Part shown: positions 48,151-61,239 of the stretch, in pieces
How positions within the stretch are numbered: the first letter of the stretch is position 1
Layout: each line of letters starts with the position of its first letter
NCBI RefSeq assembly: GCF_018350175.1
Contig: NC_058383.1
Coordinates: forward strand, 9,612,001-9,676,000
Origin: Felis catus
Taxonomy: Eukaryota
Direction: 5' to 3'
Length of the DNA: 64,000 nucleotides
Made by a program: the position numbers and the translations under genes
The notes under the pieces: generated by a model
Databases searched by the model: none
Seen by the model: only the letters and a program-made list of their open reading frames with translations
What the model was told of the DNA's origin: nothing

Positions 48151-50419
48151 TAAAATATTTATTTGTGGGATGGGGCACCTGGGTGGCTCATTCGGTTGAG
48201 CATCCGACTTTGGCCAGGTCATGATCTTGTGGTTCGTGAGTTTGAGCCCCGTGTCGGGCTCTGGGCTGACAGCTTGGAGCCTGGAGCCTGCTTCAGATTC
48301 TGTCTCCCTCTCTCTCTCTGCCTACCCCCTTGTGCGCTCTCTCTCTCTCTCTCATAAATAAATAAAAATTAAAAATAAATAGATAAAACATTCATTTGTT
48401 TTTGAGAAAGAGAGAGCACAAGCCCAGGAGGGGCAGGGAGAGAGGGAGACAAAGGATCTGAAGCAGGCTCCACGCTGACAGCAGAGAGCCTGATGTGGGA
48501 CTTGAACTCATGAAACGCGAGATCATGACCTGAGCCCAAGTTGGACACTTAACTGATTGAGCCCCCCCAGGTGCCCCTGAAGTGGTAAATTTTATGTTGT
48601 GTGTATTTTACCACAATAAAAACTAGTTAAAATTTTAAAAGGCAGACAGGCTGCTGCACAGTCCATGGGAGAGATACTGAGGACCTCAAGCAAGCAGGAT
48701 GGGAGGGATGGTGGGGGGGAGGGGCTGGACTTAGGGCTCATTTCCACAGGCTGCTGTGCCCACCAGGGGCCTCTCCAGGGCTCGTGCTCTTGGACTCTAT
48801 TTTCAAATTCTCTGCTTCTGTGACGCCACCGTCTATGAATAATCGAATACATATTTGAAACAGTGCCTGGGCCAATGTCTGATGCAGAGTGAATTTTTTT
48901 TTTAATGTTTATTTATTCTGAGAGAGAGAGAGAGAGTACATGTGAGCAGGGGAGGGGCAGAGACAGAGGGAGAGAGAGAATCCCAAGCAGGCTCTGCACT
49001 GTCAGCACAGAGCCTGACGTGGGGGATCGATCTCACCAACTGTGAGGTCATGACCTGAGCCGAAATCAAGAGTCGGACACTTGACTGACTGAGCCACCCA
49101 GGTGCCCCTGCATAGTGAATTTTTTTAATGTTTATTTACTTTTGAGAGAGAGAGAGAGAGCATGCGTGAGGGAGGGGCAGAGAGAGACAGAGACACAGAA
49201 CCCAAAGCAGGTTCCAGGCTCTGAGCTCTCCGCACAGAGCCCAACGTGGGCTCCAACCCATGAACCATGAGATCATGACCTGAGCCGAAGTTGGACACTT
49301 AACCAACTGAACCACCCAGGCGCCCCTGCGTAGTAAATTCTTAACACCAATGTATCAGGTGAAGGAAGGGGGAGATAAAACCAGAACTCACAGCAGCAGC
49401 AGCAGCAGCTCTTGGCGGACATGGAGAGGGGGTCACATCTGAGAATACCTGGTCAGCTTTTCCTAAACAAACACGCTTCTGCCCTTCGATGGATCCTCTC
49501 CAGCCCCCACACCCAAATTCCAGTGTGCTCTGAGGTGGGACGGAAGCTGGGGGCAAGGGAACCCAGGCGAAATGGTTTCCTGGCAGGCAAGGAGCCCAGC
49601 CACCTAGATTATTTGGGGCTCAGCAGACACAGGACCCTGGAACAGAGCGGAAAGAAGCTGTGGTTGAGGAGACAAGAGCCAAGAATCAGCCGGAATGGGG
49701 AGAGATCCTTAGAAACCAATCCCTCTTTTTCTGTTCTCTACCTCCCTGCTCTGTTTGTTAATGACCTTGTCTCCTCCATTATTAATGCACTGTTTCAGCC
49801 GAAGCTGTGACTCTGTGGGTCCATTAAGGCTCTCCCGGGGGAGCCAGGCTCCTACCGGGTGCATTAGAGCTGAGCGCATTAGAGCACAGGCAGAAAGGCA
49901 CCAGGAGCTGACTGGGCTTGCCTGGGAGGAGCTGGGTGGCTGCCTCTTCCACTCCCCCCTTTCTCCTCCCAAGCGACCCCAGCGGATTCGAGGTGCTTGA
50001 TTGACAGTGTGTCTGCACCAAGCAGTTTCCTGGGCCTCAGTGTCCCTTGTAAGCATTCTTCCCACATGCGAAGCAGTTTAATCATGCCGCGACCTTCCAC
50101 ACACGTGTTCGAAGTGAGTGACTGAGAGCAGGGACTCAGGCTACTGGGGTTTGGATCCTAGGGTCACCACTCATCAATTTGGAAATCTGAGATAAATTCC
50201 TGACCCCGATCCTCCATTAACCCATTTCCTTTCTAGCAAAATGGAGATCGTAGCGATACTGAGCTCACAGCGCTGCTCTGAGGACTGAACGAGATAACGC
50301 ATAAAAAGCTGAGGGCACAGTGCCTGACGTGTACAGTCAGCGAGTAACAAAGTCAACTGCTGCTTGTCTTGTTTTTATTATTAATGCAATGAGAAAGTTG
50401 GACAAGGCGCCAGTATGTT

Positions 50420-52400
50420 GTTCATTCATTAAATAAATATTAAGGATCACTTATACGCAAAGCACTCTTCCAGATGCTGAGGATACAACAGTGAATAAGA
50501 AAAATCTCCGTCCTCAGAGATCACGTTGCAGCGGGAGAGATAGAGGATAAGCAACAAACATAATAAATGAGTAAACTAGATAGTGTGTTAGAAGCTAAGA
50601 ACTCTGAAAGAACTAGAACAATGTAAGGGGGCCAGGGAGTGGTTAGGGGTGGTCAGGAAAAGCCTCATTGAGCAGGTGACATCTGAGCAGAGATCTGAAG
50701 GAGGTAAGGGGATGAGCCCTGCAGGTATCTGAAGGAAGAATGTTCTAGGTGACTGCAATAGTCGGTGCAAAGGGCCTGGGGTAGAAGTGTATCTGGTTTT
50801 GTTAGAGTATAGTGTAATGAATGAAGGATGAATGAGGTGAAAAGGAGTGGCAAGTGGCCTTGGAGTTAATGGGCAACACAGTGTGTAGGGCCTTGTGACT
50901 TACTGTCAGGACTTTGGCTCTTTTTTTTTTTTAATATTTATTTATTTTTGAGAGAGAGAGAGAGTGTGGGCGGGGGAGGGACAGAGAGACAGGGAGACAC
51001 AGAATCCAAGACAGGCTCCAGGCTCTGAGCTGTCAGCACAGAGCCTGACACGGGGCTCAAACTCACAAATCGCGAGATCATGACCTGAGCTGAAGTCGGA
51101 CACTCAGCCGACTGAGCCACCCAGGCGCCCCTCTTCTTTTTTTTTTTTTTTTAAATGTGTATTTATTTTGAGAGAGACATGGAGAAGACACACGAGTAGG
51201 GAAGGGATGAAGGGCAGAGAGAGGAAGACATAGAATCCCAAGAAGGCTCTGCACTCTCAGCGCAGTCTGACATGGGGTTTGAACCCATGAACCACGAGAT
51301 CGTGACCTGAGCCGAAATCAAGAGTCAGATGCTTAACCTACTGAGCCACCTGGGACTTTGGCTGTTACTGAGAGAGTAACAGGGGAGGGCTGAGTGGGGT
51401 TGGGAGGCCAACGAAAAGGCGGTAGACTTGCAGGATTGCAGATCCCAGTAAGCTGGAGTCGGGGTCCCAGAGAAGGAAGATGGAAAGACAGGAGGAGGTG
51501 GCCAGTGAGAAGCAAGCACAGAATTGGGTAATTGGTACCTATGAGGTCAAGGGTACGAGCTTGGGATATGGGCGGCTGAGACTAGGTGGAGAACAGGGAA
51601 TGACACGGGGCTACACAGGGAAGCACCAGGGCTGCTCGGGAGGCAGAGGGGGTTCAGGAAACCCGAGCAAGAGCCTTTATTATGGTTTTTGTGGAAAGGA
51701 ACAGGCGGGGCAGAGTAAACAGGCTTAGTTTGAACAATTCCAGCGGGCTCTGGGTCACGGCGGCTGCCTCTAGCTGTGTGGTACCCGGCCTTGGGGTGAT
51801 CAGGGCAGGTGGGTAGTGGCCCAGGGTGCGAGAGCCCCATAGAGGGGGTGGTTGGGGTGTAGATCTGGAGTGGCTGGTTTGTGTCTGAAAGGTACAGTTG
51901 CACGTGAGTTGTTTGCTACCTCTGGGGATTAGCTAACCCAGGGAGTGATCATCTCTCAGGGTCAGTGAACTCCCAAGGTGGAAAAGCATCAGAATATAAC
52001 AGTCCCACTTAATCCAATTGGGAAGGAAGGGACAACTACTGGGGAGAGGGGGGAGTAGATGGCATCAGCAGGGAGGAGGAGTGCCAGGCAGTGCAGCTGA
52101 TGCCCTAAGGGGGAAGCTGAAGCTCTGATTTGAAGGAAGGGGGTAGGAATGACAGTGTGGAAGCAACTCTGAGCAGCTGGGAAGACTCCTACCCTGTCTC
52201 CCACTGGTTGGGTGTGGGGGAAAGCGATCACCCCTCCCAGCCACCCTGAGCGGTGGGCCAGGTTTCACTGGGCCAGAAGGGGAAGGAAGATTGAGGAAAA
52301 GGTTGAGGGTATGTGGAGTTTTGCTGATGAAGGATATGAGCTCCAGAGTGTACAGAAGAGTTTCTAGAATTGGGGAGAAGGTAGGACACGGGGACCAGAT
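50420..52400 (-). mobile_element. LINE-2 fragments (3' end at about 50420-50920; endonuclease remnant at about 52020-52400) with SINE and LTR insertions
   Basis: TTCATTCATT...AAATATT L2 tail; LNLF...SETW resembles the L2 endonuclease LNLF...LTETW motif. Confidence 0.6.
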
Positions 52401-53548
52401 GGGCCTGGAAGGAGGTGGGTGGGGATAAGAGCATGGGAGGACAGCTGTGAGCTGGGAGCCTAGGCTGCTTCTCGGGGCTACTGGAGGTAAGAGGCCCAGT
52501 GATAGCAGTACTGGGGTAGTCAAGGCCGGTAGTAGGGGCGAGGCCAGGGTGGGGGTAGGTGGGTGGTGGGCTTACCCAGAGCACACAGGGCCCTCTGCTG
52601 ACCCCTGGGTGGAGGGTAAGAGCCCTGGAGGTATGGCTTGGTTCCTCTGAGTGAGTCTCACTCTTCACCTCTGCCAAGGGAGGGTGGATTTACTCCTAGT
52701 GGGCTCTCTATGGGCCCCTCTTGATGAAGGCAGATTCAGGGGGGCCAGGTTTACTCCTAGAGGGCAGGACTCCCTCCTGGCTCCTGAGGGCACTGAGGAG
52801 CCCCAGGGAAGCGGAGATGGACTCTGAGATGATGGGCTCCCTCTTGACCCCCGCTGATGGGGTGTAAGAAGCCTGGAGACGGGAGGTCCTGCATTCCAGG
52901 ATTTGGTTGGTACAACTTGATTCCAACTTCACGAGCAGGGCTCCCAGGTGCATTGGATCAGAGGTCCCCCAGGTGAGGGGGAGAGGACCCTAGCTGCCCT
53001 AGGGGATGCTGCCCTCCCCCAAAGGTCAGAGATGTGCTCCTTAGCATCTAATAGCATGTGAAGCATTTTCAAAACCATTCTCAGTGGTTTGCAAATCCTT
53101 TTTTTTTTTTTAAACGCTTGACCAACCTTTTACTGTGCTTAAAACAAATCACTTTACAAAGAGCCTTAACACTTTTTAAAACATAACTTTGGACACAATT
53201 ATACAAATTAAAACAACTGCTATAAAAAAACCACTATGGCATGGTCCGATCTTCCAAAATGGACTTTAGGAATGTATAAACCAGCAGTAAGTACTGGGCA
53301 GAAACTTTTATTTCCAGGACATGTGTGGGTAAGTCAAATTTAAACATTCTGTTTGAAGAACAAAAAAAAGAAAAGAAAAGAAAAGAGAAAGAAAGGAAAA
53401 CGTACCAATACACATCATTCAAAGAGTAGAAATTTCTAGAGAAAGCAAAATTTGCATGGCAGCAGTTATGACCTTTAACAGTATTTTTTTTTTTTTAGAG
53501 AGAGAGCACACAGGTGCACAAGTGCACCCAAACAGGGGGAGGGGCAGT

Positions 53549-53594
<46 letters not shown>

Positions 53595-53747
53595 CTTAAG
53601 CAGGCTCCTTGCCCAGTGCAGAGCCTGATGCAAGGCTCCACGTCCCGATCATGAGATCATGATTTTAAGATCATGACCTGAGCCGATATCAAAAGCCGGT
53701 TGCTTCACCCGCTGAGCCTCCCAGGCACCGCAACAGTATTTTCTTAC

Positions 53748-53816
53748 CTTAGAAGATACATCCTGCCTACATCTTGCAGGAAAATTTCATTCAAGAAGGG
53801 TCATGCCTAATCTATC
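53748..53816 (-). CDS. Candidate downstream exon: DRLGMTLLE* plus 39 nt of UTR
   Basis: 69 nt, acceptor ATACAG (poor pyrimidine tract), strong donor AAG|GTAAGA; phase 0 matches the preceding exon. Confidence 0.35.
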
Positions 53817-54644
53817 CTGTATCATTCAAGATGGCCAAATCTGAGGCTCACCAAGTCTTTCTAGAGGTGAGGAAACAGGTCCACACAAGTTTGGTGACAT
53901 CATTTATGGCAATCAGGAGTTGTAGCATTTTTATTATCTAATTCCTGGGCTGAAATACTTACCCCTATACCATTCTTTCCTTTACTGCAGGACTTCATCT
54001 TCCTTACTAAAAACCCCACAGCGTCAAATGTTCCCCTGTTATCACCAAAAAGTGTTCTGCAGTGTAAGCCACTTGCTCGTTTGTTTTCCTTGAGGCTAGA
54101 TTATAAGCCAGCCAGGATTTTAGTATAAGGACCTTTTCCAGTCTTGAAGTGGCATGTTAAGTCAATCAACCCTAGGTTGCATTCTTATACGTTTTCTCTG
54201 TTAGGACTATTTCCCAAGCCAGGGTATTGGACAGACACCTGTTCTGCACGCTTCTCAGGCTGTGAAGCCCTGAGTGTGGTACCTGTCCTAACACAAGTGA
54301 GTTCACAAGCTGACACTGAGCGAGGGCCGGCTGTGAAGGTGACGGGATATTGAACAGGTCTGAAAACCAGCACGGGGATACCAGTCCTATTGGACTTGCT
54401 CAGGCTACGACATTCGCGTACAGAGGAACACGGACAGGAGAGGACAAGGCACCTGAGCGAGTCAACCCTATTTGCTACCTGGGTGGAACCAGAGGTGAAG
54501 AACCGAGATACAGACTAAGAAGGGAAAACAATAAAAAAAAGTCAGGCTCAACCCAAGGTTCAGATGAACTGCAGTGCCTCGATTTGTTTTCCTGCAAAAT
54601 AATTGACGCGGTGATCTGCTGCCATGCTTAACATGCCACATTAC

Positions 54645-54814
54645 CTCTGGTGTCACTAGAAGGGCCTGCCGGTTCAGGAATTTTCGGTGGTAATTTTCAA
54701 GCTCTGCAGCCCCAGCTCTTAGAAGCACTTTGATTCTATTATGTCTGGTCCTTCTCGTGAACTTTTTCCACGTTCCCCTGCTTTTAGGGGTTTCTTTCTC
54801 CTTGTTGTGTTTAT
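54645..54814 (-). CDS. Candidate coding exon of an unidentified gene: (Y)KHNKEKETPKSRGTWKKFTRRTRHNRIKVLLRAGAAELENYHRKFLNRQALLVTPE
   Basis: 170 nt between acceptor CTGCACCAG and donor GAG|GTAATG; open frame, phase 1 to 0; non-repeat DNA. Confidence 0.5.
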
Positions 54815-54955
54815 CTGGTGCAGGTTAGGGACAATGAGGGCTCACGCTGGCACCGTCCCTTTTCCAGGCTCAGGGAGGCAGTGTCTTCGGCTGTGGAGGC
54901 CAGGGCGACTCTGCCCCTGCCCCACCCCCGCGCAGCCCCGCCCCGCCCCCCTCAC

Positions 54956-55003
54956 ATCTTTTTGTTGTTTGTTTTCTTTTAAACGAATTTTCAAAATGAA
55001 AAT
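54956..55003 (-). CDS. Candidate upstream exon: (D)FHFENSFKRKQTTKR(Y)
   Basis: 48 nt, acceptor TTCCGTGTCAG, donor GAT|GTGAGG, phase 1 to 1, in frame with the 170-nt exon across a 141-nt G-run-rich intron. Confidence 0.45.
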
Positions 55004-57456
55004 CTGACACGGAACCAACCACAATATAAAAAAAAAAAAAGTAAAACTGAGATTTACGTATTATAAATTCAAAAGTATAAGTGAAATTGTATAAAAATCA
55101 GTGGATGATCTCATGGATGTCAAGATTCGGTAGATAACACATTTTGGTCTTTGATATTTAAAGGATTAAAAATATATCATTTAAAGGAAAGTCAGAGATG
55201 TTTCGAAAGTTCCCGGGGCTTCCAAGGGACTCTGGATTGAAAGTGGCTGTCTCTGGGAGAGGAGAGTCAGGGAGGGGAAGGGGGAGAATTAGGGAGGGGA
55301 GTGGGGAGAGTTAGGGAAGGGAGGGGAGAGTCAGGGAGGTGGGTCTCTCCTCTCCATGGAGGGGAGAGGAGCGAATCGGGGAGGGGAGTAGGAAAGTCAG
55401 GGTGGGGAAGGGTAGGGAGGGGAAGAGAAGAGAGAGAAGGGAAAGAGGGAGGAAAAAGAAGGCAGAGGAGGAGACTGGGGTTTTTTGTTATTGGCCTCGG
55501 GGAGCTATTTGATATTTTAAAACTCTCTATATTACAACTTTTTTTAAAAAAAACGTTTATTTATTATTGAGAGACAGAGACAGAGCATGAGCAGGGCAGG
55601 GGCAGAGAGAGGAGGAGACACAGAATCCGAAGCAGGCTCCGGCCTCCGAGCTGTCAGCACAGAGCCCGACGCAGGGCTCGACCTCACAAACTGCAAGATC
55701 ATAACCTGAGCCGAAATCAGACACTTCACCGACTGAGCCACCCAGGCGCCCCTATATATTACAACTTCGATAAAAATTAAAATTTAAAGGGAAAAAAAGG
55801 AAACGAAATAACTACAGCATCGTTTCCTTGACTCCAAGAGTTTACCGAGGTAGGTATTAGTTAACAGCTGAGGAAGTTGAGGGTCAAAGAGGTTAAGTGA
55901 TTACTAGGCAGTGAGCAAGCGGGCCTGGCACTGGGCCGCAGGTTAGCTCATTGCAAAGTCTGTGCTTCCCTGGTTGCACAGCCTCATTGTCCCGGGAAGA
56001 AATGGCCGGCTGCCTGGTGTGCTGGGCTCTGGGAAGTTTCCAGACCCACCATCTCGTCCCTTGTCAGCTATTGATGCCTGAAACTCCTTTACAAGAGGGC
56101 AGAATCTTCCAGCTCACGGTCTCAGGAAAGCAAGTAGTTCTCATTTGACACTCACTGGTCACTTCTGTTGTGAGTCCCTCTTTCTTGTGGTAAGAATCTG
56201 AGTTCCCTCAGGCACAAGTAGTCTGCACCTGTGTCTCTTCCCGACAGCACCCCCTCCCACTGGGAAAGCTTAAATGTGGCTGCAGGACCTACTTCCCAGA
56301 TGGCTTGTTCACTGTTGGCAGGAGTCCTTAGTTCCTCCCCCTGTGCACTGTCCCTAGGCTGCTTGAGCGTCCTCATGGCATGGCAGCTAACATGTCACAG
56401 ACTGTCCCTTCTGCTTTATTCTATTTACCCACATTCAAGGAGAGGAGAATTAGGCTCCACGCTTTGAAGGCGGCATATTAAAGATTTTGTGAACACGTCT
56501 TAAAATCACTGGATGTGTCCTTTGGGTCTCTAGGATCTTAGTGCTGCCCCGGGCCCCACCTAGGAAAAGGAAAATGGGGATTCCCTCGCCCTAGATTCTC
56601 CGAATCTCTCCATCCCCAGGGCACAGCCCAGGGAGCCAGGATCAAGAATCCATTTGCAGGAACGTGATGGGTGTCTAAGCACTCTCCTGACTGTCCCCAA
56701 ACCCCTGGTCAGAGAACTTTCTCTGGTCTGGGGATGGAATAGCCTGACCCTTCCTCTCTTCTTCCCAACCTATTGTTTCCCCCATAATTGTGTCTTTCCA
56801 GGCTTTTGAAGCTCAAACCCTAGGCTCTTGTTAGCCCAAAGCATTTCTTTCTATTTTTCTGAGGCATCTCCTTCCCTGAGGCAGAAAATGCCACAGACAA
56901 AGGGGCAAAGGGGAAAGAGAATGGATGAGGGGATAAAGGGGAAGGGGAACCTCGGTGACTTGGCTCAAAACGCTACCCTGCTACACCCTTATTCACAGAT
57001 GTCTCCCTTTGGGGAACCTTGCTTCCCGTTTCACTCTGGGCAATCTCACATCCCCTTTGGGTGACCCCATCAGCTCCTGCCACCCAGTGCCTAGCTTCCT
57101 CCTCTCCAGGAAGTGACACCCCTGTCCCAGTTCAGAATCTTACCACCAAACGGGGAGCCTCCCCTCCCCCCCCCCCCGGAAGAATTCCTGCCCCCAAAGC
57201 ATCCCTGTCTGGGTGCAACCTGAGATTCTCCCATCCTGGTTTCTCACAAATGCCGTGGACTCCGTGGGCCTCACCCAGCCGCCTGCAGCCCTGCAGCGCC
57301 CCCTATCTCCCCCATGTATCTGCTCCTCCTCCAATCTCCGCAAACCCTTTACCTTCATTTTCTCCCCACGTGTGTTCTGGAGCCTTGCGGTAGGTCCTAG
57401 TGACTACATCCTGGCTCGTATTTAAGTTACCTCTCTACTCACTGCAGTTGAGCATC

Positions 57457-57950
57457 TGTGCAGCAAAGAACCAACCCTACCCACGAGAGGTCTGACCTTT
57501 GCCTGCCCTTCCTGAGCGCTGATCTAGAAGCCCTTGCAATGTCTTTGTCTTCCTGGGAGACTTGGCCACACTGGACACTCCAACGACGTGACCTATCATG
57601 AGGGCTTTGGGCCACGCAGTGTCAGCTTTACCTTTGGATGGACTGGAGGCTAAAGGTCAGCAACACGGCAACCACCATGTCTATGGGACGGAGCCCCAAT
57701 AAAACTCTGCACACAAGGCTTGGGGGGGCTCCTCTGGTGGGCAAAACCCTGAAAATGTTGTCACACATCATCGTTGGGAAAAGTTCGCCTTGTCCGTGAC
57801 TTCACTGGGAAGCTCTGAGTGTGGAGCCTTCCTGAACTCTCCTCTGGGTGGATTCTAATCCGTATCCTGTTGCCATAATAAACTGTAACCATAAGCACAG
57901 CAGCTCTCAGTGAATTCCGGGAGTCCTTCTTGGGGACTCCTGAATGTTGC
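57457..57950 (+). mobile_element. Old LTR (MER21-like, by eye)
   Basis: LTR-like layout with CCAATAAAACTCTG and AATAAACTGTAACCATAAG. Confidence 0.55.
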
Positions 57951-58139
57951 AGCATCTACACATTTACTCACACTCCTGTCTTCAAGGCATGGGTTTCTAC
58001 TTTCTGGGTCTTCATCCTTCCCTGACCTCTCTGTGGCTTTTGACACCCCCCCCCCTTTTTTTAAAGATTTTATTTTCAACTAATCTCTATACCCAATGTG
58101 GGTCTTGAATTTACGACCGCAAGATCAAGAGTCGCATGT

Positions 58140-58873
58140 TCAGGGCACCTGGGTAGCTCAGTTGGTTGAGTGCCCAACTTTGGCTTAGGTCGTGATCTCC
58201 TGGTTCAGGAGTTCAAGCCCCACATCAGGCTCACTGCTGTCAGCCTATCAGCACAGATCCTCTGTCCCCCTCTCTCTGCCCCTCCCCTGTTTGCATTTTC
58301 CCAATAAATAAATAAATATTTTTTAAAAAGAAAAAAAAAGAGTCGCATACTCTACTGACTGAGCCAGCCAGGCATCCTGGCCTTTGACAGTTTATCAACC
58401 CCCTTCCTTCCTGCGATGCTCTCCTGCCAGGGCTCTGATGACCTTGAAATCCACCAGCTTCCCTTCCACTTCTCAGGCTCCACTTTATTCCTCAGTCTGC
58501 TTTTGCCGCTGGTCCTTGACCATTTCTTGGGGCTGCTGCTTGTCATTTATCTGAGTGTCAGCTAAACACGGTGGAACTGAAGCGCGGACTCACATCCCAG
58601 TCATTGCAAATCCCTGATTTCGTCTCCTACCTTGTCCTCTTGCTCCTTAGGCATCCTGACCTGTGTGAATAACTAATAGCCAGATAAAGCTTAAAAATGT
58701 GTACTTGGTGGGGCACCTCACTGGCTCAGTTGGTTAAGTGTCTGACTCTTGATTTTGGCTCAGATCATGATCTTACAGTTCACGGGTTCGAGCCCCGCAT
58801 CAGGCTCTGGGCTGACAGTGCGGAACCTGCTTAGGATTCTCTCTCTCTCTCTCTCTCCGCCCCTCCCCAACTT

Positions 58874-58914
<41 letters not shown>

Positions 58915-59370
58915 ATAGGTAAATAAACTAAAAAAAATATGTACTTGGGGGGGGCACCTGGGTGGCTCACCGGTTGGGCATCTGACTTTGGCTTAGGTCT
59001 CATGGTTCGTAGGTTTGAGCCCTGCGTCAGGCTCACAGCTTGGAAGCTGGAGCCTGCTTCGGATTCTGTGTCTCCCTCTCTCTCTGCCCCTCCCCCATTT
59101 GCGCTCTCTCTTAAAAATAAATAAACAGTAAAAAATTTTTTTTTATTTTTTTTATTTTTTATTTTTCAACGTTTATTTATTTTGGGGACAGAGAGAGACA
59201 GAGCATGAACGGGGGAGGGGCAGAGAGAGAGGGAGACACAGAATCGGAAACAGGCTCCAGGCTCTGAGCCATCAGCCCAGAGCCCGACGCGGGGCTCGAG
59301 CTCACGGACCGCGAGATCGTGACCTGGCTGAAGTCGGACGCTTAACCGACTGCGCCACCCAGGTGCCCCT
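58140..59370. mobile_element. Cluster of Can-SINEs, including a young minus-strand copy at about 59140-59369
   Basis: SINE consensus seen directly. Confidence 0.9.
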
Positions 59371-61239
59371 AAAAAAAATTTTTAAGGTATATGTACTTGG
59401 TGTGTTCTAGATATATATCCTCTGTTGGGTAAGTGTTTTGCAAATATTTTGTCCCACCATGTGGCTTGCCCAAATTTCTCTCTGGAGCACCTTCTCTTCT
59501 CTCATCCAGGCACATAGTTTCCCTGTCATCTCTAAGAGGGTGACCCTCAACTTACATCTACAACTCCAACTATATCTACAGACCCAGCCCTTCTGATGCT
59601 CCAATAGCCCAGTGGACATCTCTGTATGGCATTTGAACCTCAGCATGTCCACACATCTGTGGACTCGTTATCTTTCCTCAGAATATTCCTCATTTTGGTC
59701 AATGGCATTATCTTGCTAGTGAAGGGTGAGATCGTCTTGCCCGGCAGACACTTGACCCTGGTCCATCACAGGGATCCATCCCCCACTCTGGTTTACAGGC
59801 TGCCTGTCTGGCTTTGGCTTGGTTCCTGTCTCCCCGGCTACTGATTTGACACAGCCCTGGGCTCCAGTTTCAAGTCCTGCCTTAGCTCCTGACTCAACCA
59901 GGATAGGCACCCAATTCTGGCTTACTTGCCCTAGGCAGGTGCGGGGCACCCCGGACCACTCCTGGCAGCACCCTGCTGCCTCCTATGGTTTACTACCCTT
60001 CTCTCCTATGGATGGTGATTCCCCCCACACCACACACACAGACACACACTTAATGCTTTGGATACTGGCATGAACATTCCAACATCTGACAAAGCCTTTA
60101 GATAGTAAAGTGTAGGTCACCCCTACCTGACTAAAGGGAGCTCATAACTGCCCACCAGCTAGTAATTAGCTGAGAATCTGTTGTAATCAACATAAAAGCA
60201 CATCTTGGGATGTGTTCTTGTTGTTTCTGTGTTTATCAACTATTGTGTTTCAGTTTTCTTAATTTCATTTTTTATTTGTTTAAAAAAAATTTTATGTGTA
60301 TTATTTTTGAGAGAAAGAGACAGAGCACGAGCAGGGGAGGGGCAGAGAGAGACGGAGACATAGAATCCAAAGCAGGCTCGAGGCTCTGAGCTGTCAGCAC
60401 AGAGTCCGACGCGGGGCTCAAACCCATGAACCACAAGATCATGACCTGAGCCGAAGTTGGATGCTTAACTGACTGAGCCACCCAGGAGCCCTTATTTTTT
60501 AAATTAAAATATATATAAAAGCAATCATCTCTCCTTATGTATATAAAATCCTATCTCTACTCCATAACACGATTAGTCGCCTGGATTGTACCCTGTCACA
60601 GCCTTTTCTGTGTTCACTTACATACAAAAGCATAAACGCTGTTCTATGAAAATTTTGTTTACTAGTTTTTGCTGAAGTAGAATCATTCTGTATGCATTAC
60701 TTTGCAGACTGTTTCTTTGCCACTTGACAATTCATCGCTGCAATGCAGTAAATATAGATCTAACTCTATCTTTGTTTTCTTATGTATCTATGCACACACA
60801 TAGAGATATAATTTTGCATAAATGGGATCCTTTTCTTGTTTAATCCTCCAAATACTGGAGAAACCCTCATACCTCTATTCTAGTACTTGCCTCCTTGTGT
60901 AGAATATGCTTAAAAAAAAAAAACAAAAACATGTATATCCATGATCACATAGTAAACTTATAAACTTCTTGGTGCTGTGCCTGCTCCGGAGTAGGAGATT
61001 AACACATTTGCTGGATGAATGAACACTTGTTTTATCACTCTTCCTGCCTTACAGTTGGGAATATTAAGCAACTTGCCCAAGAAGCCACAACTCAAGTGCA
61101 GTGGAACAGAGGCTCAGGCTTAGATCCCTGTCAATCCCCTAGTGATCCCCTACGCTGTGCTCTTGTGCCTGAGTCATCATAATCTTTGTGAACAACTTAA
61201 AACCCAAACCATGTCAAACTTTAAAAATGTATACCTGGC

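Noticed and set aside
51989..52953. Overlapping proline-rich minus-strand ORFs suggesting a transcription-factor pseudogene
   Set aside because: Part matches LINE-2 endonuclease-region sequence (LNLF...ETW). The rest is C-rich low-complexity reading with stops and no recognisable parent.
56156..56228. Additional candidate exon for the minus-strand gene (donor ACCA|GTGAGT)
   Set aside because: The longer version is out of phase with the 48-nt exon or contains a stop; the in-phase 42-nt version has a poor acceptor.
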